From the NCBI GenBank assembly GCA_051362555.1, contig CM120640.1:47904788-47968787 (forward strand): a stretch of 64,000 nucleotides of DNA, given 5' to 3'. This stretch comes from Lingula anatina (taxonomy: Eukaryota; Animalia; Brachiopoda). The notes under the pieces were generated by a model. That model had not been told where the DNA came from and made no database searches. It was given only the letters and a program-made list of their open reading frames with translations. Position numbers and translations under genes: made by a program. Below, piece by piece: positions 37,501 to 50,664 of the stretch (its first letter is position 1; each line of letters begins with the position of its first letter).

Positions 37501-40271
37501 TAAAAGTAAATCCCGCGGCCAATGTGATAAATGACAAACTCAAATCAAGTCATTTTCTTTTCAGAAGGATCGTGGAGTCACAGTTCCTGCGGTTTGTTTA
37601 GCGATTTGAGTCCCTGACGTGGTAATACATGTTGTATCAAGACGGTAAATTTGATTTATAGTGCGAACCTCTCCTTTACATAAATGTAACAGTGCCAGAT
37701 CAGTTAGGTTCTTCGCGTCAGACGATACCTGCCATTTGTTAAAGACCCCTGTTTATTTTTATACAATCTAGAGACGTTATGTGGCGATATACGCTCTATT
37801 CCACTTTTTTTTTTAAGAATTGCGGAACTTTCTCGCGGTACGTATGTTAAATAATACACTGACACCTACTCGCTGATGATCAAAGTTCTCTGGCATATAT
37901 CGCTCGGGTGACAGTGTATCATTTCACACATAACTTTGTTTGGTCAATGGAACGTATCAAATCGGTCCCTAATTTTTGTAACGACTTGAAAAAAAATTTG
38001 GGGTCGGTATACATGATAGGATCATCTTTAGGACCGTTGATCACATTACCATGCCTGATACCATGCCTATGGTACCGTTCTATCTCATATAACCAGATTG
38101 ATGTTGGGGAAATACTTTTGTCCTTTGACTATTTCTCCTGTTTTTCTTTTGGAGGACTGAAATTCATTTGTAATGAACATTACAATGCAAATCAAGTCAA
38201 TATTCCATCCAACTAAACTCACAGAATGACAAATCCCTTAACGCATCACCTCGATATATACTATTAGCAAACACAGGCAAAATGCGCCCATCTCAAATTT
38301 TAACCTGTATATACTGATAGACAAGTATCTGCCATATTAACATTTTATTTAGTTCCTTTTCTTTCTTATATTATATAAAAAACAGTGGCATTAAAAGTAG
38401 CATAAGCAGCCAACAATGTTAACATGTAACATAATAAGCTGAATAAATTATTATTATTATTATAAATAAGTACCCACGTAAATCAAAATACCTTGAGTAA
38501 GGCCTATTCGTTGGTGGCACTAAACTCTAGCCTTATAGATTTTTGGTGTCTAAGAAGCGGTATCGCACCGGACTAAATGCCATTTTCGACATAAGTCATA
38601 TATAATATACGTTTTAATCTTGGTGGACCACATTGTCTTTCACAATTTTGACAAAAATTCGCCAAATGTACGGATAAAATTCCGCTAGAGTAAAAACAAA
38701 ACAAGCAATACTTGAAAGAAAATTCCTTCACCTTGTCTCCAGCCATTGTAATTAAAAATTCAAATGGTACGCCAACGATGCCCATAAATTAGAAAAAAGT
38801 CAAAAAGTGTGCATTATTTCATCTCGAAATGACAGTGACCATCAGAAAGCGGCTAGCGTCAACATTCAATCCCACACAATACTCGACTAACAGCGGGATT
38901 CTACAAACAGTCTTATCTCTACTACGCGCCCTAGGCTCTTCCTGTCCGCATGGCTCCTTTACCTACTTGAAATAGTTTTCTCCGTAAATAAAAAAAGTTT
39001 TGATTAAGATATGATCTTACTTGAATATAAACCTTCAGGTATTTTCTTGAAAATCTACGAAAGTTTCAATTTTCACAGATTCATAGAAACTATTAGTGAA
39101 ATTTGCTGGGATATCTGAAGGTGGCGCATAAGGCATGAGCTACTGAAGTGTAAACGAGATAATTTGATTTGAAAATTAGGATCAGTATCTGTTCTACGTA
39201 AGTTTTAAACATTTGTGTTATTATTCCAAACCAGGTTGAATTAAAGTCTATTAGGCAATAAGTATTTTAATTTGGTGTCTAAAAATATTGAACAAGTGAT
39301 TGCATCTTGGATTTTTGTATCAAAACAATCATTTTGTGTTCTTAATTTTAATATGTAGAGATTTTGATGGAATTAATCATATACATGTATATTGAAGGGT
39401 CTTTTACTAACAATTATCCAAAATTATTTGAAATGATGGTAATAATCCAGATCGATCATTCTTGAGACCTGATGGTCCAATTACTTTTGTTGTGTTAATA
39501 AATAGAATTAAAGCAATGACCAAATAGGCCTATTAGTTTTTTTTGCAAAACCAACGAAGCAGTTTAAATTTAAATCATCCATCAAGACATGTTCAAAACC
39601 AAATAATATAAACCATAAAAATGGCAAGGTCTGCACACGTCAATTGCCTGAAACCAACTATATTCCTTACACTGATAAATTCGTCAACATTGGTGAGCTT
39701 AGTTGAATAATGGCTTATACTTCCAGATGTCCTCCTGTTGGGCATGCATATAAATGTATATATAGTAATACTAGATAGAAAAATCAAATGAGAAAAATAT
39801 CATCACTACAAAAAAGTATGACGTAAAACGCATGGCCAATGAAGAATTGCCTGACTAATTTCAATATTTAACAGGTAAGAGGAGGGTTTATGAAACGCAC
39901 CATAATTTTATATAATATATAACTAAATGTGTACCTCAAATATACACCTAACCCCTATAAGTTATCCATCAGAGTAAAAGTGTCTTCTTTGCTTTGATTC
40001 CTGAAGAATGATACAATTGAAGCAACAGGTAAGCAACGGTCACAAGGAATGCATACATCCAAAAGTAGAGAGACCACGGGGTATAGAATAAAAACGAAAG
40101 GTCATCCATAGATTCACACGATCTCCCATCCCCGTGGTTGTTTTCGTAAGGTTCCAACATTCCCATTCCACTTGTATCTGTTGGCATGTTGTTCGAACCT
40201 TGTTGTTTACTTGTCACTCAATCCCGATTCAGGGAGCGGATGCTACTGCTAAGGCGGTAAAGACGCCTCAG

Positions 40272-40288
40272 CCAATAGGCTCGCGAGA
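40272..40288 (+). promoter_or_regulatory. Alx proximal promoter candidate: CCAAT box and CTCGCGAG palindrome
   Basis: gCCAATagg at 40272, CTCGCGAG 40280-40287 (resembles the TCTCGCGAGA promoter motif), ~230 bp before the ATG in a CpG-rich stretch. Confidence 0.4.
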
Positions 40289-40505
40289 CCGCTTGCTGGA
40301 AACTTTATCCATGTAACAACATCGTCTGCGTGCTGTAGCTACATAGGTCGTCTGCCAGCTTTTTGCTTCTTATCTTAGACCAAGAGGCGCTGGTCTTCCA
40401 AAACTGAGCATCTTTGGTAAACGCAGACGATCGTTTCTGATCGGCCAGACGATCAGGTAGAGTTCGATAAGAAAAAGGCGGCAATCAGGGGAGGAGAACG
40501 AAGGG

Positions 40506-40704
40506 ATGTCAACACAAGCTCCACATTTCATTAAGTCTGAGAATATGTTTGATAAATACTCGACCAATTTGACTCATGATAGCAGTTTGGATCTAGGTTC
40601 AACGCAGACGAATCACTCTCCATTAAGGGGTACTCCTACAACGGTCAGCCTGAACACGCACTCCATTGACGAAATCCTTGGTAACAAGAGGGAGATGAAC
40701 AGAG
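40506..40704 (+). CDS. Alx: Alx homeobox gene exon 1 (contains octapeptide HSIDEILG)
   Basis: ATG 40506; donor AGAG|GTAGGT phase 1 matches the exon 2 acceptor. Confidence 0.8.
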
Positions 40705-42475
40705 GTAGGTCTACGTTTGTATGTCTTACCTTCCACAAGGCTTTAACCAGACAAAGCTTTCTTTAACAAATTCACCTCGGTTTGTTACTGTGCCTTATCG
40801 AATAATTTAGTAGATAATGAAATAATTGTTAAGTGGCTTCAACTCTAATCGAATCTGTCACCGTTAGACCATGGGAGAGGCACCTCTGCTAAGCAGATAA
40901 ATTTAGAGGAACACATAGTGTCTTGTTCGTAAGACATCCTGGAAAGCTCATAGCAGTTTACTTAAACCCTGTGTCTTACCTAGATATTTTATTTCGGATT
41001 TAATTTCAAAATTTCGTTAGCTTCTATGGAGAACGGGCGCCAACTTTTCTAATAGACTTGGAGAAGAAAGGCGAAGTAGGTCATGAACATTGTTCACTCG
41101 ATTTGCGATTTCAAACTCGTTTAATTTCAAGGAGTTGTTTAACTGTTAAGAAAAAAACTAAAAGCTTTACCGAGGAGCCTTGCTGGTAAATTCGATTTAT
41201 AACCCGCAGCTGCAAGTAGGAGCATCCACAAAAACGGTACTTTTATTACATTTCATTTCTCTTATTTAGACAATCCGATGATCATAGTAAGCCGACATGT
41301 CTCTTTTCAAAACATCAGAGTGTAAGCATTCTTAATGTGTTCGCTACATGCAGCAATAGCGGTTCTTTTATTAGGTTTCGGTTTTATATTCGGAATTATT
41401 TTGCATTTCATTTTGAATTCGGGCAATATACGCTCAAAGATATTACATGTCTTTCCTTTTCAGAAAATTTACTTGTTCAGGTTACGGCAAAAGTCTCTAA
41501 TTTAATACATTAAGACACGAACCTCTTTATTGTATTAACTAAATAGACTAAAACAAAACCGGATCTCAAAACATATTTCCTTTTCGTACATTTAGACAAT
41601 TTGATGATCGTAATACGGATTTGTGCTTTACCGGAGAATATCCTGAACAAATTTCGCTAAGTGTCTCTAATTTAATACATTATCGTATAAGCAGGCTTCG
41701 CGTGTTCACTATCCACCTGGGACGCTCTGATTGAAGGCAGATTATTTTCTTAGAAGATTATAGTAATATGAAATTTATTTACAGATACATTATGCTGAAC
41801 ACTGAAAGGTACTTACGTATGACCAGAAGGCCAGAGGGCCAGTGTAACTTTCAAATGCAAAACATAGTGTAACATAGTGTTTTTCTTTTATGCTCTTTTT
41901 AAGTTTGCATTCTGCCAGTGAATTGTATTCGAAACTTAGTTTCTTAGTTTATAGAAATTAATTTTCAGATGGAGAGGACTTGTGTATATGCTGTAAAATC
42001 GCTTATATGCCTTGTTCATTCCATTAGTTTTATTTTAGTCTGACTAATGTTAATAAAATGAATAACTTTGTATTGAATTTAGCAAATAATCTTTGACTCG
42101 CTTAGATGAAAGTGTCTTTGAAATATTGCTTTAAAAGTGGATTAAAATATTTTGAACGGTCCCTTTCCGCGTATTTATTTTTATTTCGAAGCTGTTTGCC
42201 CTTCAGCAGTCAATGTACCACAAAATGTGTTAATTCATACGTAAAGAACGTGGATTTTATGACTCTTTTTTTTCTTGCAGAAATGGGATCTTAAGCATTC
42301 CTGATTAATTTTGTCTAATAAAACTCCTTAAATAAGTAAATAGGATGATTCTGATATCAATACAAATGAGAAGATGCACAAGAAATAGAATAACGAGCAT
42401 AGTTGATATAAAAGTAACTTAATGGTTCGTCTGTTTCTCATTAAGGTCGATCGTGGCACACTTTCATGATCATAA

Positions 42476-42868
<393 letters not shown>

Positions 42869-44599
42869 TAATATTATGAGCCATGATATACTTGTTTTAT
42901 CGTTATCTCGATTATTCAACATTCCATATTTCAGGAGACTTTTTTCAGTGTAAAATGTCAAGTTTGGGATATTTTGTAATCAGTTCTTGTCCACTTAAGT
43001 CAAAATGATCAGGCAATAGCTGACCAAATTGTAGCACATGATATAGGACGCTGGAAATGAAATGTTACAAACACGTTCAAGTCCGATAGATATTATATGT
43101 AGATTTTGTGTTCATCTACATTGGAATAGCCATGCCTTATTTCGGAAATAGAATTAACTTTGGCACTTTTCTAAATATATTTGCATGGTTCTTCTGAACA
43201 ACATTTTACTCAAATTGATTTATTTACACCAAGACAAAAGTTGAACCCATTTATGCCTTCCTACAACTCAAGTCAGAGGCATCTATGTAATGCCATACAT
43301 TTCAGTAAATCATACAAAGCGTTTGATCTAGTACAAGTTATATTTACGCAAGGATAAAACTAGGCGCTTTCATTCTAAAACAAAGAATATGCTCTTTGGA
43401 ATCGGCGTGGGAAGTTAGCCTGAATACCGTGACACTTTTCAATCATTCCAAGTCTATGAAAGTAAACTGGCGTAAACAGCCGCGAGGAGGAAGCAAGTAC
43501 TCAAAGATAAAGATCACTTAGGCACGTGATCTATACCAGACTGATTTCCGTTAAGAATGGAATATTCTAAAATTTTCATTGATCTGCAAAATAATTTCAA
43601 AAGTTTTACCACCTTTTTCCATTTTTTTTTTTTTTTGAAAATTTTAACAACTGTTTCATTATACTTTTACTGATACCAATTGAATGATTTACCAGCAGTT
43701 TTTAAAATTGGAATTCAATCCTTTGGGTAGTTCATACTCAGCAAAGCAGACCTACCGCTCAAAAAGTGTAGCAACTTAAGATACGCCAAAAGATTAATCA
43801 CAAAGATGCACAATAGATTATTATGTAAATCGTTCAGCAAGTAGCCGCCCTAGTAGTTATCATTCAGAGGCCTTCGTCCTCCAGACAGTCAACAACTCTT
43901 TGCAAAACACACCATCACAAACTTATATACAAAACTGATATTTATGGTCCCAAGTAAGGCTTTTATAGTGGAAATATATGAGGCAGGCCGAGGCAGGGTC
44001 GACCAAAGAGCAACTATGTTCTTTTAAACTATTCAGATGCGAGTCTTTTTTTACCACAAACATCACAATTAGGACTGCTGTAATACAACGTCTTGGGTTC
44101 TGCATATAATACATTTTTCAACAAATTTGGGCAATAAGGCATTGTGAACTTAATTGTCATTCCTTTTTCTGAAGCTTTCAAAAATATATTTCCATAATCT
44201 TATGCTCCGAAAAAATAGTTTGTTTAAATTATTAAACTATTTCATGTCACCTGTTTCAGTGGTTTCCTTGACAAAGTGTTTTTGATCATTACTTTCAAAA
44301 GAACCGCAACACAACTGCAACTGTGTGCAGTAAAAACTCCAAAACAGTAATTAAGAGTACTCCCTGGATGTGATCGCCTGTGTCCCTGACAGCTTATTTT
44401 TCTTTGGTGAAAGATACAGTGCCTTAAAATATTTTGACTTTTAGACAAGAAATGGCTGTAATTTTTTATGAGCACCACCCCTTCCCATATACTTCCACTT
44501 TCATTGATTTCTTTTCTAACTGAAAAAAAGATGCGCATTTAAGACTTTTTAAACACAAATACTCAGAAAATATTACATAGATTTAATCAGAAATTTGTC

Positions 44600-44801
44600 A
44601 AAATACCTAAGTATATACAGTGTACATTAGTTACAAATTTTTGTCGAACTCTGTATTTCAAATATACCGAGTGAACGGAAATCAGCAGTTTGAAATCTTC
44701 AAAATACCTAAATATACACAGTGTGCTTTAGTTACAAATTTTTGTCAAACTCTGTATTTCAAGTATACTGAGTAAACGGAAATCAACAGTATGAAATCGT
44801 C
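44600..44801. repeat. Tandem duplication, 2 x 101 bp, in Alx intron 2
   Basis: aaaatacctaa...ttagttacaaatttttgtc.aactctgtatttcaa...aacggaaatca.cagt.tgaaatc starting at 44600 and 44701. Confidence 0.9.
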
Positions 44802-47252
44802 TAATTAATCCGTAATCGGCGTGAGAAAGCTACAAACAAATCTTAAGCTCACCACTTCTATTTATTTGAGCAACAGATCACATCACGGACTCCCGTGTCT
44901 AACGTGTATATCGTATAATGTAGCCATTTGCAATTTACGCCTTATCACATCGAGTTACAGCAGAAGCCTAGACTCTGTGAATCCACCTAGACTTGCGACC
45001 TCAGTCCACCCCTAGCTCTTATCATTGTGGATTCTGTAAAATTAATACAAGAGTTGTAATTGATTTTAGGGGATAGTTTTCGACCCTGATACCCTTGCCA
45101 AAACGCAGAGGGAACTAGCTATTGAAGATTGGAGTTTGAAGTGAGAGATAATATCTCCACTTTGCGATGCTTCGCTCTCAATTTCGAGAAACGCGTGATT
45201 ATCTTCCAGCGTCCTTTCCTCTTTTTCCCTCGGTGTATATTTTTCTGACCCAATATCCCTCTCTCTCTCTCTCGCGCTTTTAGGTAAGATTTTTTTTCAA
45301 GAAATAGCTTTGGAAAGGAACGTTTTGAACTGACCATTGGTTTGCGTACATGTGAAAACATTTATTCGAACTATCGTAAATTATTTGATATTTCAGTGTC
45401 TAAATTACCAAGTATATGATTTTTTTCATTAATGTGCCCTTTATGCCTTTGAATAGAACGAAAAAAAGAACATATGGTGCCTAAACTCTCTCTGTCGAAC
45501 GACCAGGTTTTTCTGAACATTTGCAAATCTTTTACGTGATTGCCTCCGTGAACAAATTTGACATGATTGGCCTACATGAAGATAACATGTCTCTTGCGGT
45601 AGGAAAAAATTAAGATAGCTAATGACATAAACCCTGGGGCTGATTTTGCGGCAAATTTATCAATACAAATTGTTTAAGGGGAGGCGATCTCTATCTTTTA
45701 ATTGACCAAGAACTTTTGAGAGTCGACTTGAGCCATCGATGTGTAAATTTTGACATTTCTTGTTACAAGAAAACCGATCCGTTGTTGAATGGTAAATTAG
45801 ATTAGAGACAAGAGGCAGCAGTACAACGTCTGACAGCCACAATCCCGTCAATTCTTCCAATCCAATAGAATGCGACCATTTCAGAGCTGGAGATTTTGCA
45901 TGGCTGATTTTTGGAAGAGACTTTCACCTCTGGATTTTCGTCGAAGTTCAAACAGCTGTTATACACGGGCACTTGCATTTAAACTCGAGGAATCTGGCTA
46001 TGATGATCGATTTTCGACCCCATCTCCGCGAGTTAACTTCCATGATTGTAATGCTGAAAAGAAGAGAAAAAAACTAGCAATGCAGCTCCTATAAGTACAG
46101 TTTTGAATTTTCATATATACAGTTAACTTCGTGATATTTGGTATATCTAAATGGTAGATTTTAAGTTTTAAAAATGCGTGTAAAATAGATTATAGATATA
46201 GATTATGGAATTAAAGGATTCCACAATACATACGTAGACGCGAAAATGAAAGCAAAACAGACATATAAGATAATAAGAGGTTGGAAACAAATTATTATTG
46301 AATCAGGTGGATAAAATACTGATATGAATATAACAGTATTTTGTATTATGCACCATTTTAGTAAGTTTTGTAGTTCGCCTTTTACCTTTCATTTAGACCG
46401 ACTTGCTGTATTTGAAATGTGGATGGTAAAACGTTACAAAGTAAAGCCAATGGTCGCCAGTCATTAAATAACCAAATGCGACTTTATTCAAGAAACTTAT
46501 TTGAGGGTACATCAGACAAATTTAACTGTCAGTTTTTATTTTCTTGGTAATTGCATAAAAGAATAAAACATACAACCAGAGGCAGCAAAACGAAAGTCAA
46601 TACTTAACAAAGAGAAACAGGAATCAAAAGTTGCTTTCTCTGATAACTAATTAGAAAACTAACCCTTACCCCTCCCTTTACTTTACCCCATCGTCGTCGG
46701 TGTGACCAAGCGGTGGGTCTGCGTGAGAGCAATTATACAAATTACAAATCCACTGGTTACTTATCGACAAAACCGTCCAAGATAATGTTCGACAAGTAAA
46801 AGGTTGCTGGAAAGTCTTGTCAAAGCTGTAGGCCAATTAGAAAGATGGAAGCAACCGGGTAAAAGTATGAGGCTAAATAACGCTGACATATCCAAAAATA
46901 GCAAACCGAAAGACTACAGTGAACGCTCGTGAAGCCGACATATCCTCTTTCAAATATCCTGAAGTTTTCTTGCAAGGAAAAAAGAAACGCCTTTCTAGAG
47001 AATAAATTGTCTTGAAGTTAGAAGTTTTCAAAAGCCTGGTTCCGATATTTTTATAATCATACACGTATTTCCAAGGTTCAATTAAAATAGGAAAACGTCT
47101 TTTCAGAATATAGTCATGTTTGTTTCCCAGAATGAAACAGTGTAGGCAAGCTATAACTATAGATAAAATATAGATGATATATGATTTTCAATAACTAACA
47201 AAATACAATAACATCTGCCGTGAATATATTATTATAAACTTAAAACTTCATG

Positions 47253-47253
47253 G

Positions 47254-47295
<42 letters not shown>
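47253..47295. repeat. (CT)n microsatellite
   Basis: Direct read. Confidence 0.9.
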
Positions 47296-48856
47296 AGTTC
47301 AATTTAACGTTTTAACCCCAATTTCAAGACGTCGAGGACCGATTCTGGCGTCACGTGCCTTAATTGCTTTACATGGGAGGCAGGAAAAAGTCAAGCAGAA
47401 ATCGCAGAGTGAAAATGATCTCTACAACAGAGTCGAGAGAGCAACGATGCGAAATCCGACATCGGTTTGCGCCATGTTTACAAGACGCTGGCATGTCAGA
47501 CTGATTAAAAAGCACGATCTTCAAAGGCAGCGCGTGGGATCTCAATATTCAAAGTTTGCATAGAATGCGAGGGAAAGTTGTTGTTTAATTTTTCTAGGTG
47601 ATTACTCAACATTTTATTAGTGGAGAAGTTGGAGATGCAAGAAATTGGGAAGATTCCAAAGCATATGTGATTGACACGGGTCAAGTGCGCTTTTTACTCC
47701 CAAAAACAACGAATTCTGATGGCTTAGTCTCCAGTTGCCTCAGAGGACGGAAGTATAAGATAAAATATCAATCTGATATTACAGTCTGGATACCTTTAGA
47801 ATAATTAAGCCGAACAGCTCAGAGTAAATTACGGGCTATTAGCCACAAAAAAACAGCCAGATGAGGACGGGGTGCTTCACTATACCACAGACTCGTCTCG
47901 CCAAAGTCATTCACATATATACATGCCAAATGATGCGATATTTTATATTTCCGTCTTTTCCCATGCCAGTCCTAGACTCCTAAACAGAGATAGAAAATAA
48001 TTGCGTCTACATTGTTCCAGTGGCTACTTCTCAAGGATGACCAGCCACATGAAAATAAACTGTGAATCTTACGAGCGCCAGGTCATCTCCGCGGTGTTTG
48101 CATAATAATCACTTAGGTAAAATGAGGAACCAAATTGGTATAAATTGAAATCAATGGGAAGTTTGTTTTATTCGGTAATGCATTGGAATGTTGAGTGCAT
48201 CGCGGCCGAGTTTATTTATATTCGAGTCCCTGAAGATACAAGGGAGCAGATGTACATAGGGATACCGTGTATGAATAAATAAACAACGAGTTATCTATAC
48301 TGCCAGTACAAGGGGAACAAGCGTAACAACATGAAACAACTTCGTATGACGGTAAAGGTCTGCAATTACGTGATATATTAGCAGCACTTAGAAAATAGAA
48401 ACACCAAAGATCCATGCGTCTTTCAGTAAAAATGCCTTTCGGTGTTAGCTAAATACGTACAATATTGGTTTTATAAAAACGCCTTGGATTACAAACTGAC
48501 ATACTTATTCTCGTTATGATCATTATTATCATTTTTCTTATGTAGTCGTTATAACTGATATTTAGTCTGTTAATTCATTACTTACTGCGTAAGGTGGTGC
48601 TTTATAAAATTAACTCATTTGCTCGATAACATTAACTCATTCAAATTATGAAAAAATACCTTAATAGGAAAGGAATCTCTCAAAAATTAATAATTTCAGT
48701 CTTAAAGGGCTGAGCAAAATTAAGTGAAGGTTTATTAAAAGTTTGAATGTTTGACTCGGAACAGACTTATCATCTTCAAAGCCAAGGCTTTTAAAATATA
48801 GAATACTACAAACTGTATATAACTGCATATAACAAATATATATATATACCTGAGAT

Positions 48857-49459
48857 GAGTATGCAACATCAGCTGCAAAGGAGAGTTATTGTACCAATTT
48901 AAATATCTCGAGTTCATATGACTTTAGAGGCAAAACGTGTATCAATATCAAAAAACACATTTAATAAGATGAGCCCAATACTAAAGAACAGAAATATCTT
49001 TATGGACACTAAAATAAGAACATTGAAAACCAACTCGTGGTCAGTCCTCTTGTATGGATGTGAATGGTGGAATATCCCCAACAACACTAAATGCTACAAA
49101 AATGTGGTACCTAAGAAGATTGTTGAAAATATCCTGGACAGAAAGAAAGACCAATGAAAGGAAGTGTTAAAGAATTGGTACAATGGTTACTGATGAAAAC
49201 AACCAGAAAAAGACAAATGAAACATCTGGTTCATACCAGCAGGAAAGACGGACAGAAAAACTCAAAACTATTTGGTAAAATTGAAGGAGGAAGAAGCAGA
49301 GGAAGACAAAGAACATCACACATTGGCTTCTAGTTTTAATACTTTTGCAACAAATCAACGACCGCCAATCAGCGAACTCGCACAACTGACTGAAAGTAGA
49401 GTGGTCTGGAGGGCCATGATCATCTATGCCTGCACCAGGCCTGACACTTAAAAAGAAAG
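48857..49459 (+). mobile_element. 5'-truncated, frameshifted RTE-clade LINE (RT C-terminal region) in Alx intron 2
   Basis: Motifs across frames: FKYL, FNKMSPILKNRNI..TKIRTLK..WSVLLYGCE.W, MWYLRRLLKISWTERKTNE, GKIEGGRSRGRQR, RVVWRAMI; stop 49448-49450 then short A/GA tail; 11-bp TSD ATACC(T/C)GAGAT at 48846-48856 and 49460-49470. Confidence 0.88.
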
Positions 49460-50260
49460 ATACCCGAGATTATTTTTGTATGATACGATTTTTACATGTA
49501 AACAACTGAAAATGGCACAAATTTGTTGAAATATAATAACCAGTACACTATATATTTAGTTTACCGTCCGTGGACAATTTTTTCTGTGCACTAATTGTCA
49601 GAAAGCATGGCTCCGCTTTCTTCATATGTGTTCAATATTCTACCTAGACAGTCAAATTAGCCTCTCAGACTTTACGCTTCTAATCCGTTTGTATTGCAGC
49701 AGATTTTCTCTCTAGGATACCTCAACCTATGGTTCACATGCCGTTCTGATTCCCCGATAACACTGGCCTGGTCACTGCAGGGTTAGGTGTAAGGACACGA
49801 GAAGACTTGACCCTTGTGACCAAAAACATATGCTGAAACGAATTTGGAGATTGGTCAAATATTAGACCTATTTTACACCCTTAACCTCTGCTTTATATGG
49901 CATCCTGTTACTGTGGCATTAGAAGATATTCTCATGTCGTATTTCTTTTACTAACTCCAAATTGTCCGATATTTGTAGAATGAATACCCTTTTTGCAGTA
50001 CTTTGCCGAAGCTAATTTAAAATAAAGTCCAATCCCCAGACACTTTATGATAAGATTCTGCAAACTGCTCAAAATCCCTTCAGTCAGTTTGAGTTAAAAC
50101 ATCTGAATAGAACATTCAGCTTACGAAAATTGCAATGCAAATAAGATGAATAAAATTTTGGCACAATCGATTGATAAGGGGTAAAGGAATAACTCAAATC
50201 AACGTTTTGAGAAACTCATTTGGTTATTGCTCCATCAGCCACAGGTATCCACGTGCTGAG

Positions 50261-50435
50261 CCTCCGTTGAAAATGAGTGAAATTCTCGAATAATGAAATA
50301 AGTTCTCTTATGGGCATGAACATAAAAAACATAAAAAATATACACCCTCCGTCGAAAATGAGTAAAATCCTCGACTGGTGAAATAAAGTCTCTTATGGAC
50401 ATGAACATAAAAAAAAAACATAAAAATATATATAC
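50261..50435. repeat. Tandem duplication, 2 x ~85 bp, in Alx intron 2
   Basis: cctccgt.gaaaatgagt.aaat.ctcga...tgaaataa..tctcttatgg.catgaacataaaaaa at 50261 and 50346. Confidence 0.88.
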
Positions 50436-50618
50436 TGTGCCCAATTTAAAAAACGTTAACATTTAAGATGTGTTATCACCACTTGAAGAAATACGTCTAA
50501 AATTGGATTAGCTTGCTAAGGAGATAAAAACCTAATGTGAGGATTATGACAAGCTGCCGACTTGGGTGCAGAACTGCTTTTTAAACTATAAAACAAAAAG
50601 TTTGACTTCTAAAAAGAA

Positions 50619-50663
<45 letters not shown>
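50619..50663. repeat. (AAT)n microsatellite
   Basis: Direct read. Confidence 0.95.

Positions 50664-50664
<1 letters not shown>

Noticed and set aside
22612-40000. A second, alternatively spliced RFamide exon (as for pulmonate heptapeptides)
   Set aside because: No further RFG-K/R coding repeats seen downstream or in the intron.
42271-42294. Strong-looking acceptor ttttttcttgcag at 42280 in Alx intron 1
   Set aside because: In phase with exon 1 it hits a stop after 4 codons (EMGS*); no donor or polyA support; likely a decoy.
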